A stretch of DNA of 64,000 nt, from the NCBI RefSeq assembly GCF_036321535.1, contig NC_087451.1:18538001-18602000 (forward strand), read 5' to 3'. Each line of letters begins with the position of its first letter. The stretch's first letter is position 1. Below the pieces are notes generated by a model. The model saw only the letters and a list, made by a program, of their open reading frames with translations. It was not told the origin of the DNA and did no database searches. The DNA is from Camelus dromedarius (lineage: Eukaryota). Positions 35,501 through 47,500 of this stretch are shown piece after piece. Made by a program: the position numbers and the translations under genes.

Positions 35501-38500
35501 CCTGTGGGCTCTACCTTCAGAATCTGTCCAGAATTTGATGCGTTGTGTCCCCACTATTACAGTGCCTTATAAACTGCATCCTCTCTCTCCTGGATCATTA
35601 CAGTGGCCACCTGCTTCTGTCTGCTTCTGCCTTCTCTGCAACGCAACTCATGTATTGTGGATGTGTTTTAAAAAATAAATTATGTCAAATAACATCCCTT
35701 CTCTGCCTAGTTCTCTCCCACCATGGCTTTTATCTAATTGAGAGTAAAAGTCAGCAATCGCCTATACGAACGACTGCAAGATCCGGCTCTGCTTCTGGGA
35801 CCTTTGGTTTTTATTACTCCTCTTCTCTTGCTCAGTCTTCTCTAGAGACAGTTCGCCTCCTGGCTATTCCCCAGATGTACTAAGGGCACTGTTGTCCCAC
35901 AACCTTTCCTTTTTCTCTGCTCTGCCTGGAACATCCTTTGTTTTTTGTTTTTTGTTTTTTGTTTTTTGTTTCATTATCAGTGTGCCTTTTTTTAAAAAAA
36001 CAGTTTTGGGTTTTTTTTTTTGAATTTTTTTAACATTTTTTATTGATTTATAATCATTTTACAATGTGTCAAATTCCAGTGTTCACAATTTTTCAGTTAT
36101 TCATGGACATATACACACTCATTGTCACATTTTTTTCTCTGTGAGTTATCATAACATTTTGTGTATATTAAAAAAACAGTTTTATTGAGGTGCAATTCAC
36201 ATACATACAGTTCACTGATTCAAAATACACAGTTTCATGGTTTTTAGTATTTGCAGAGTTGTGCAGCCTTCACCACGATCAACTTTAGAACATTTTCATC
36301 ACTCCCAAAGGAAGCCCTAAACCCATCGGTCGTCACTCCCATGTCCCACCAAGCCCTCTCTGCCCTTCAGCCCTGGGCAGCCACTAATCTACTTGTCTCT
36401 ATAGGTTTGCCTGCTCTGACCATGTCATAGAAATGNNNNNNNNNNNNNNNNNNNNNNNNNNNNNNNNNNNNNNNNNNNNNNNNNNNNNNNNNNNNNNNNN
36501 NNNNNNNNNNNNNNNNNNNNNNNNNNNNNNNNNNNNNNNNNNNNNNNNNNNNNNNNNNNNNNNNNNNNNNNNNNNNNNNNNNNNNNNNNNNNNNNNNNNN
36601 NNNNNNNNNNNNNNNNNNNNNNNNNNNNNNNNNNNNNNNNNNNNNNNNNNNNNNNNNNNGAACATACATTCTCTTTTTTCTTGGCCATATACTTAGTGGG
36701 CTTGTTGGGTCATATGTTAACTCCGTATATAACCTTTTCAGGAGCTGCTGGGCTGTTTTCCAGAGTGGCTGCACCATTTTGTGTTCTTAGCAGCAGTGTG
36801 TGAGCGTATCAGTGTGTCTTGCTCTCACTTTCCTCTGCTCCAGTGGCCTTTTTAGTGAAGGCCCTGTGTCCCCTCCACATAAAATGCTGTCTCCCTTCCC
36901 TACTCCAAGTGCTCTGTTCTGTCCTCAGTCTGCTTTATTCTTCCTGTAGCACCTAGCACCAGCCAACACACTATTTGTTATGTGGCCATTTGTTTATTTT
37001 CTGTCTCCTCTAACAAGAATATAAGCTCTCCAGCCCCTAAAACAATGTCTTACATGAAGTAGATGGTAAATAAATGTTTATTGGGTAAAAGAATCAGCAT
37101 TGCTCTTCATGAGAACTGGGACCTTATCTATTTTATTTAGCTCTGTATTCCGTCATCTGACTCGGTGCATAATACGTGTTTGTTGAAAGGAGTGATGAGT
37201 ACCGTTAGGGAGATACTGGGGGAGATAAGAGTGGAGGCTGGGGGTAAAGAGGTTACTTGTGGGAAGGCTGAGGAGGAGACCTTTCAGGGCTCCCACATGT
37301 GCTCCAAGAAAGCCAGGAACAGGAGGAGGATTTGTGTGGGGTGAAGGAAGAAGGCTATCAGATGAGTTCAGTGTCCAGTCAGCAAGCATTTAGGGATGTC
37401 CTTCTGTGCTCGATGCTGTCCAGGGAAACAGAGGTAAAGGAGCCTCTGAAGTCTGGGAGCTGGGACGAGTCGGGGTGTCTAGCCATCTGGGTAGCAGTGA
37501 TTTGTTGGGTGGGAAGCGGTGGGTGGGGAGTCAGGTAAGACGTAACCGAGGAAAGCCTGCAGGACAGGCTGCCGTGAGTGTCACCTACTGAAAATAGGGC
37601 AAAGGCTGAAGGCATCTAGAAGAATGGTCTTTTGGCCTCAAGGAGGTGTTACTTCGGAAAAGGCTTTAGGAATGCCAGACAGGGAAGGACTTGGAGAAGC
37701 CTTCCTGTGTCCTTAGTGTCCTATTCCTGACTCACTTCCCTGTTTCCTTCCCTCCAGAACCTTTCCGCTGTTGGGGCGTTGGTGGGTCTCAGTAATGCAC
37801 GCCTCGGTTCTATCAAAACTCGGTAAGTCTTTAAGCCTGTTTTTCCCTCCAGGGGGTTGTTTCTTTAGGAAGAGGGTTATATACCTGTCTGTCCGCTGTC
37901 CCCACCACATGGCTTCAGACTCCGTGCCCGAGAAGGTGGAGAGTTTGATTCTCTTCATGGGCTCACTTGAACCCCACCTGTTCCAGCTGCCAAGTTCCCT
38001 ACGCCCCACCTTCTGTTCCCTTCTTTCCTTGCTGCTCGCCCCTCACTCCCCATCCTCCAAGTGTTTCAGGAGTGAGAGACCACAGGGGATCTGGAGGCGA
38101 TGTCCTACTCTAGCCTGGGGGAGTAAAAGAGCAGGGAATAGCTCCCCCTGCAGTCGGGCCACCACCCGCTCGTCATCACTCACTTCTTTCTTTTAAGGTT
38201 TGAGGGCTTATGTCTGCTGTCCCTGCTGGTGGGGGAGAGCCCCACGGAGATGTTCCAGCAGCACTGTGTCTCCTGGCTCCGGAGCGTTCAGCAGGTCTTG
38301 CAGGTAAGGATTCAGCTGCTGCCCTGCCTCCTCCCCCTCCCTCAGCCATACCTTCTCCCTTTTGGATGTGGTTCCTCTTCATGGCTTAGACATTTAATTC
38401 TGAGGACAGAATGATTAGAAGCAGTTCCCTTCCAGTGGGGAGGATGAGCATCAAATAGAAACATCATTTTAAACTTTTTGGTATTTTTATCTACTAGGTT

Positions 38501-41500
38501 CTTTTAATTCATCTGACCTTTCACACACTGTAACCTCTGACAGTTTCACTTCCTCGTTAGCTTTTCTAATGGGCGACATCTCTAAAGTTCCTTTTCCCAG
38601 GTGTTTGTTTTTTTTCCCTGCTCTTCTCCCTCTTTTTAACATTTAAATTTTTTTCCACTTTGACATCCTTTGATGGCATCCCCACTTAGTTCTTCCACAA
38701 GCCTGTTCTGAGCACACACGGCAGGCTGCGCGCTAGGCTCCGGGGAGGCAGTGGTGAGATGTACTGGGACCCTGCCTTCACGGTGTTTAGAGTCAATTGC
38801 AGGGGTTGGGAAACTGTCTATGAAGTAAATGTTTACAGATAGTAAAATGTTTTTGGTTTTGTGAACCACATATAGTTTCTCTTGCCTGTTGTTTCTTAGT
38901 TGGTTTGTTCTCTAACCCTTTAAGATATAAAAACCATTTTTAGCTTGGGGCCTTGCAAAAACAGGTGCCCACAGAGCATAGTTTGCTGATCCCTGTTCTA
39001 GTGGAAGAGATGCTATTTGACTGATTACATAATGAGCGTGAAATGGTAAACTGCAGTAGGTGCTGTGGAGGAAAAGGCTGTGGTTCCCTGAGAACTTGTA
39101 ATGAGAGGAATCTGACCCAGACTGGGATGGTGTGGGGGGGTGATGATCAGGGTCAGTGGTTTAGGGAAGGCTTTCCTGAACTGATGAGTAGAAGTAAATG
39201 GGGCTGAGAAAGTTTTCTGAGTGTTCTAAGTGTAGAAAGGCCCTGAGATAAGAAGAGTTTGGTTCATTTGAAGACTTATAAGCGAGCTGGTGTGGCTGGG
39301 GTTGGAGAGGTGGGTGGATGGGGACCAGGCCATGTGCGGCATTGTAGGCATGCTGAGGGAGTCTGGTCTTTGTTCTTGGAACAGTAGGAACTCATGGAAG
39401 GGTTTTTGTTTTTTTTTTTAACTTTATTTTTAAAATTTTAAAATTATTTTTAGGGGGAATAATTAGGTTTATTTATTTATTTTTAAACAGGTACAGAGAT
39501 TGAACCCAGGACCTCATGCATGCTAAGCATGTGCTGTGCCACTGAGCTATACCCTCCCTGCCATGGAAGGCTTTGAGTAGGGGGGAAGGAGGTGGTGGTG
39601 GTGATATGATCAAATTTTCATTTGGAGATATCACTCTGGCTGCTGTGTGGAGAAAGGATTAGAAAGGAGCCAGAATGGCAGCAGAAAGACCCTGTACTGA
39701 AGTAACCTAGGGGAGCATCCACGGTAGCTGGACTAGGGCGACAGAAGAAATGATGGCAAGTGGGTGAGGGATTTAGAGGTAAAGGCGACAGGTCCTGATG
39801 GCATACGGTCAGGGAGAGGATGTTTCCAGGAAGACTCTGGATTTCAGAACATGGGAAGACAGCCAGGTTCAGAGGGGAGTGGTGAAGATACCATGAGGAT
39901 GGCCCTGGGCATTCAGTAGAAGCCCTCTTAGGAAGCTTACCCCAGATCTGGTGCCAGTGGGAGTGGCCAGTTATTTCAGGGTGGAAGCCCTGAGTGGGTG
40001 GGTTCAGTGGGTGAGGGCTTCAGTCACTATGTTTTAAAAAGGGGAAGAGTCTTCAGCATTTAGATGGCAGCGGAAGGTGAGGATGAGGCTCAGATTGTCA
40101 AGTTGAGTGCTTACACAGATTGGGTTTTGAGGCACTACACATTCAGTGGTCAGGTAGAGGAGGATGAGCTTATAAAGGAGGCTGAGACAGAGTAACAGAA
40201 GGAGATAACCAGGGTGGTGGGTTGGATGGAATCTAAGGGAAGAGTGCTTCAGGGAGAAGGAGGAGTCATTTCTGCTTAAGCCCCTCTGGGCTGGAAGAAG
40301 ATGAGGACAGAAAATTGTTCATCAGACTTAGCAACTCAAGGGTTCTGAGACTGCGAAAGAGTTTTTGGTGGTGCAGTGGACACTGAAGCCAGATTGACCT
40401 GGGATGAGCAGTGAGTGGGAGGAGTGGAAACAGGGGAGGTAGGCAGTCCTTTCAAGACGTCTGGCTCTAACAGTGACAGAGAGAAATTGCACAACAACTG
40501 AGATCGGGCAAGTGGAGTGGGGGCTCAGGAGGAGGAGTTTTGGTATAGGAGAGACTGGAGCATGTCCAGACGTCAGCGGGAAGAATCCTTCTGAGATGGA
40601 CTGTAGAGAAGAAGCTAGTCAGCAGTGTATGGTTCTGAGAGGAAGGCAGGGGACAGTACGTAAAGCATCGAGGAGCAGTCGTCCTTGGAGGGGAGGAGTA
40701 CCTCCTCTAGTGAGACAGGAAGAGGGACAGCAGGGATGAAGGTAGAGATGGTGTTTCCAGGGTTGGTGGTGAAGGAGTTCCCACTTTGGGCTTCAGTTTT
40801 CTCTGAAGTCGCAGGTTAGGTTGTGCAGAGGTGGTGTTGGGGGGGGAGGGGCTGAGCAGCAGACAGCGTTGCCCAGAGAGAAGTGCAGCGGGACTGCTGG
40901 GCCGTGTTGGGGGCCTGTTGTAGCTGATAGGCCTACCTGGACTTAACTTTCCAACAGACGTTCTTGTTTCATTGACATGTGGCCTCTGGTCTGGCAGGAG
41001 GGACGTGCCAAATGCTTTCTCCTTAGATACACGTTAACAGTTGGGGGGAAGTCCTAAATTCGAACTGTTTTTCCTCCATGAGCTCCAGGGTGTGTTTGAG
41101 CCAGCCAGAAGCAAGCTGAGAGAGATGGGGTGGTCTTGTGGCTGAGACTTTTTTCCCCAGTCTCAGAAGTGCTCCTCTCTATTCCCGGTAGGGAAATGTG
41201 GTATGAGAGAGTCAAGCAACTCTTGAGATCTTCTGATTAGTCAGATCTTTAAGGTGTGTCTTTGTTCCTTTTTTCCCAAACAAATTTCTAGGACCCCCAG
41301 ACACCCATAGTGGTAAACTGTGGACACGTGTCCTTTCTGTAGACAAATATGTTACCTTGGCTGCTCCGTGACTCTGGTGCACTCTGTTCCTAGTGGATTC
41401 GATGGTAATGTCGACATTAGCTGTGGTATTTGTCAGAAGCCCCAGGTTGTCACACCTCTCGTTCCTCCTCCTGTTGACCATGAACGTGAGGCTGGGGGCC

Positions 41501-44500
41501 TGAGGTGTTGCTCTTTAGTCCCAGGACCCACCCCCCACGATGGAATTGGCTGTGGCCATCCTGAGGGACCTACTCCGCTACGCCGCCCAGCTTCCTACAC
41601 TCTTCCGGGACATCTCCATGAACCACCTCCCTGGCCTTCTCACCTCCCTGCTGGGCCTCAGGCCAGAGGTGAGACCCCCTTTGCAGCTCCCCTGCCCCTC
41701 AGCCCCTTGCAGGGCTGCCCTCTGTTCACACTGATTGGGTTAAAGAATGTGCTGGGAAGCGACTGGGGAAAAGGACTGAAGATGTGAGAGGAGGGAGAGG
41801 ACAAGGGAAAACGTGAGGAGAAGGGGCCCTGCGGGGCGGTGGGGCGGAGTCGGGTCTGCGGAGGCGTTGGGCTTTCAGCCTCTGTCTCACTTTCTGTTTT
41901 TTCCACAGTGTGAGCTCTCGGCACTGGAAGGAATGAAGGCTTGTATGACCTATTTCCCTCGGGCGTGCGGGTCTCTCAAAGTAAGCATTCGTGGGAGCTC
42001 CTCTCCCCACCAACAGAAATCTGGTTTTTGTTTTTTTTGTATATCTATATTTTTTATTGAAGTATAGTCAGTTTACAATGTTGTGTCAATTTCTGGTGTA
42101 CAGCATAATGCTTCAGTCGTATGTGAACATCTGTATATTTGTTTTCATATTCTTTTTCACCATAGGTTACTACAAGATATTGAATATAGTTCCCTGTGCT
42201 CTACAGTATATACTTGCTGTTTATCTATTTTATGTATTTTTGTATCTGCAAATCTCGAACTCCCCATTTATCCCTTCCTACCCCCTTCCCCACCTGGTTA
42301 CTCTAAGTTTGTTTACAATGTCTGAGTCTGTTTCTGTTTTGTAAATAAGTTCGTTTGTCTTTCTTTTAGATTCCACATATAAGTGATATCATATGGTGTT
42401 TTTCTTTCTGGCTTACTTCNNNNNNNNNNNNNNNNNNNNNNNNNNNNNNNNNNNNNNNNNNNNNNNNNNNNNNNNNNNNNNNNNNNNNNNNNNNNNNNNN
42501 NNNNNNNNNNNNNNNNNNNNNNNNNNNNNNNNNNNNNNNNNNNNNNNNNNNNNNNNNNNNNNNNNNNNNNNNNNNNNNNNNNNNNNNNNNNNNNNNNNNN
42601 NGGGTGCAGGTGTCTTTGGATTAAGGTTCCTTCNNNNNNNNNNNNNNNNNNNNNNNNNNNNNNNNNNNNNNNNNNNNNNNNNNNNNNNNNNNNNNNNNNN
42701 NNNNNNNNNNNNNNNNNNNNNNNNNNNNNNNNNNNNNNNNNNNNNNNNNNNNNNNNNNNNNNNNNNNNNNNNNNNNNNNNNNNNCAACATTTACTGTNNN
42801 NNNNNNNNNNNNNNNNNNNNNNNNNNNNNNNNNNNNNNNNNNNNNNNNNNNNNNNNNNNNNNNNNNNNNNNNNNNNNNNNNNNNNNNNNNNNNNNNNNNN
42901 NNNNNNNNNNNNNNNNNNNNNNNNNNNNNNNNNNNNGAATTACTTGTTTAGATCTTCTGCCCATTTTTGGATGGGGTGTTTGTTTTTTTATTATTAGATT
43001 GTATGAGCTGTTTATATATTCTGGAAATTAAGCCCTTGTCAGTCTCATCTTTTGCAAATATTTTCTCCCATAGGTTGTCTTTTTGTTTTTATTATGGTTC
43101 TTTTGCTGTGCGAAGCCTTGTAAGTTTAATTAGGTCCCATTTGTTTATTTTTGGTTTTATTTCTCTTGCCTGGGTAAACTACTCTAGGAGAACATTGCTG
43201 AGATTTATATCAGAGAATGTTTTGCCTATGTTTTCTTCTAGGAGGTTTATAGTGTCTTATCTTATGCTTAAGTGTAAGCCATTTTGAGTTTATTTTTGTG
43301 TATGGTGTGAGGGAGTGTTCTAACTTCGTTGATTTACATGTGGCTGTCCAGTTATCCCAGCACCACTTTCTGAAGAGACTGTCTTTTTTCCAGTATATTC
43401 TTGCCTCATTTGTCGAAGATTAATTGGCCATAGGTCTGTGGGTTTATTTCTGGGCTTTCTGTTCTGTTCCTTTGATTCATATGTCTGTTTTTGTACTGAT
43501 ACCATGCTGTTTTGATTACTACAGCTCTGTAGTATTGTCTGAAGTCTGGGAGGGTTATTCTTCCAGCTTCGTTTTCCTTTTTCTTCAGTATTGCTTTGGT
43601 AATTCTGAGTCTTTTGTGATTCTATATACATTTTGGAATTATTCTAGTTCTGTGGGAAATATGCTGGGCAATTTGATAGAGATCACATTAAATCTATAGA
43701 TTGCCTTGGGCAGTATGGCCATTTTAACAATATTGATTCTTCCAATCCAGGAGCGTGGGATATCTTTCCATTTCTTTAAGTCATCTTAAATTTCCTTAAT
43801 CAATGTTTTGTAGTTCTCTGCGTATATGGCTTTGATTCCTTGGTCAGATTTATTCCTAAGTATTTTATTTTTTAAAAGGGATTGTTTCTTTACTTTCCTC
43901 TTCTGATATTTCATTGTTTTTTTTTTTTCTCTTTCATTGTTAGTGTAAAGAAATGCAACTGATTTCTGTATGTTGATCTTGTATCCTGCTACCTTGCCGA
44001 ATTCTTTTATCAGCTCTAGTAGTTTTTGTGTGGAGCCTTTAGGGTTTTGTATTTATGGTATCATGTCATCAACATACAATGATAANNNNNNNNNNNNNNN
44101 NNNNNNNNNNNNNNNNNNNNNNNNNNNNNNNNNNNNNNNNNNNNNNNNNNNNNNNNNNNNNNNNNNNNNNNNNNNNNNNNNNNNNNNNNNNNNNNNNNNN
44201 NNNNNNNNNNNNNNNNNNNNNNNGCTTTCAGCTTCTCACTGTTGAGTATCATGCTGGCTGTGGATTTATCATAAATAGCTTTTATTATGTTGAGATATGT
44301 TCCTTCTATACCCCCTTTGGTTAGAGTTTNNNNNNNNNNNNNNNNNNNNNNNNNNNNNNNNNNNNNNNNNNNNNNNNNNNNNNNNNNNNNNNNNNNNNNN
44401 NNNNNNNNNNNNNNNNNNNNNNNNNNNNNNNNNNNNNNNNNNNNNNNNNNNNNNNNNNNNNNNNCCNNNNNNNNNNNNNNNNNNNNNNNNNNNNNNNNNN

Positions 44501-47500
44501 NNNNNNNNNNNNNNNNNNNNNNNNNNNNNNNNNNNNNNNNNNNNNNNNNNNNNNNNNNNNNNNNNNNNNNNNNNNNNNNNNNNNNNNNNNNNNNNNNNNN
44601 NNNNNNNNNNNNNNNNNNNNNNNNNNNNNNNNNNNNNNNNNNNNNNNNNNNNNNNNNNNNNNNNNNNNNNNNNNNNNNNNNNNNNNNNNNNNNNNNNNNN
44701 TCGGTATGAGCTCTTCTTTGTATGTTTGATAAAATTCCCTAGTGAAGCCATCTGATCGTAGACTTTTGTTTGTAGGGAGGTTTTTTATTGCTGATTCTAT
44801 TTCACTTCTAGTGATCGGTCTGTTCAAATGATTTATTTCTTCTTGATTCAGCTTTGGTGGACTGTATGTTTCTAGAAACTTTCCCATTTCTTCTAAGTTG
44901 TCCAATTTATTGTCATATAGTTGTTCATAGTTTTCTCTTATGATTTTTTATATTTCTGTGGTGTTGGTTGTAATTTCTCCATTTTCCTTTCTTATTTTGT
45001 TTGTTTCCTGTCTCTTTTCTTGGTGAGCCTGGCCAGAGGTTTGTCAATTTTGTTTACTCTTTCGAAAAACCAGCTCTTGGTTTGATTGATTTTTTCTATT
45101 GTGTTTTAAATCTCTATTTTATTTATTTTCTCCCTGATCTTTATTATTTCTTTTCTTTTGCTGACTTCAGGTTTTTTGTTTTTCTAATTTTTTAGGTGGT
45201 AGGTTAGGTTGTTTATTTGAGGTTGTTCTTGTTTTTTGAGGAAGGCCTGTATCGCTATGAACTTCCTTCTTAGGACTGCTTTTGCTGCATCCCATGGATT
45301 TTGTGTGGTTGTGTTTTCATTGTCATTTGTCTTAAAGTATTTTTTAATTTCTTTTTAATTTCATCATTGACCCATTGGTTTTTTTTAGTAGCATGTTGTT
45401 TAGTCTCCATGCTGTTGTTGAGTGGGGTTTCCTTTTTTATTCTGTGGTTGTCACAGCCTTGACAGGGGCCAGGACTGCCCACCTGTTGCTGGAATAGAGG
45501 GTTCTAGACCCATTTTTGAGCTGCAGTGTGTGGTAGGCGGGATTGGAGCACTTCAGCTGGAAGGAAGAGTTGCTGAGTGTACCTCCACAGGAGATGTCCA
45601 CGGGGAAGTGCCCTCTGTGGTGTTGTCTGTCACTTGTTATGCAGGCTTACAAAGTACTCTTTGTTGATGCTGCATTTGTCCCTGCCTTAGCTGTGGGAAT
45701 GTCAGCCACCCTCTGGTGTAACCCAGGTTCTAGGCTCCTAGAACCACCAGCACAGATTGGCCAGTGTCTGACGCTAGGACCCACTGTAGCGTGCAGTCAC
45801 ACACCTGGATCCGTGGTGTGCAACAGGGTCAGCACAGACCCCAGCCCCACCTTCAGATACCATTTGGTATGCCGGCCTGCTATAAATATCTGTACCTTGC
45901 AGTGCACCAGAACTCCACTCACTGTTAGCCCCAGAGGCGTGGGTCCACAAAGGGTCCAGAGAGAGCACATCCACCCTCTCTGCCTGGGGCTGTAAATAAA
46001 TCTCAGTCCTACCTGTGAAGTTGCAGGGCCGCTGGGTATGGGTTCAGCTTTCAGCCCCACTCCGCGCAGCAGCACTGGCTATGACTGAGCCCTACCTCTC
46101 TTCTCGCGAGAACACACCAACAGTGGAGCCAAGCAGAGACAGAAGCTATGGTGGTGCGGCTGTGTTGCACCACCCCACCCCGTGCACTTCAGCAGTGGTG
46201 CTTCTTTATCTGGGTCTCAGGCTGTTCTGTTCCTCATACACCCGCAGCCGGAGCTCACACCGCCCTCCAGTCCCCTGAAGCTGCCTCTGTGCAGTGGGCC
46301 CCCATCCTCTCCACGTCACCGATCTCCAGCAGCCAGTCCCGGCTCATCCCTGAGGGCTCACATCTAGCCGGGGATCGCAGGGACCCTCTGTGCCTGTTTC
46401 TGTTAGTTCTGTCTGCCAAGTGGCTGCCTTTTTCTCCTCCGAGCCTTGGAAGCTCTGCTTCTGTCCCCAGTGACCTCCCGGCTGGAGAAGGAGCGTCCCA
46501 GCGTGGGGGCACCTTTTTCCTTTGTTGCTCCCTGCCCACAGGACTGGCCCTACACCGATTTCCTTTTTCTTTTTTTTCTCTTACTGGATTTTGTGAGGAA
46601 TCCTCCTGTATTTTGAAGCGAGAGACACTGCCAGAGTTCAGTAGGTGTTCTGTGCGATTCAGTGGGTCTGTAGGTGTAGTTCTTGGTGTCTTCGTGGAGT
46701 GGGCGAGCTGTGAGTCTCTACTTCGCCATCTTGGCACCTCCTCCCCGACAGAAATCTTGATAGCTGTCTTACCTCAGATTTTGATGCTAAGATTTCTGAG
46801 CACCTGCCTTCTGATTATTACGTCACCCATCTCCACAGCTATGATTATACCACCTCATAGCTTTAAACTCATTCTCATTTAATCCTCTTAGATAAAGAAA
46901 TCAAAATTGAGTACCTTGCCCTAAGATCTGACGCCAATGCCCAGCGTCTTACCCTGGACACCATCCTCTGCCCCTCTGGAATGCCCTGCCCATTTTTCTA
47001 CCATCTTGTTTCTCTTTGTCTGTAAAGCTCTTATAATTTCCTCCAGGAAGCCTTCCTGACTTATTACTTCCCTGTATCAACTTCTCCTATGCTTCTTTCT
47101 CCTTCTCTTCCTGACTAATCTCCCTTTGTCCCTTCCCTACCCTGTCCCCCAACCTGTCATGACCCGTACAGAGGTGGCTGGACCTAGGGCCTTAATAGGT
47201 TAGACAGGCAGGTTGGATGTGGATCATGTGAGGGAGGAAGAGGTCAGTGAAAGAATTACAGTTTCATTTTCAGGGCCATACAATAACAAATATGAATGGT
47301 TATCAAATTCTACCAAATAACAGTTAAAGGGCCTTTGGAATTGGCATATTTATTTGCAGAATAATTTGATGCCAGCTAGTATCTAGGAACAAATAGATGT
47401 ACTCCTGTCGATTAAACGTTCTGTCTTGTTTTGATAATATTTGCCACTGCTTGACAATCCTTTGGGCAGCCCCTTTCTTAGATGGAAGCACAAATCTGTG

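Noticed and set aside
39406-39558. tRNA-like A/B boxes
   Set aside because: The A-rich tail and TSD show a SINE, and no full cloverleaf or acceptor stem is present; not a tRNA gene.
42383-44905. Long ORFs full of X in the ORF track
   Set aside because: They are artefacts of N-runs inside the intronic L1; the visible ORF2 pieces contain frameshifts and stops.
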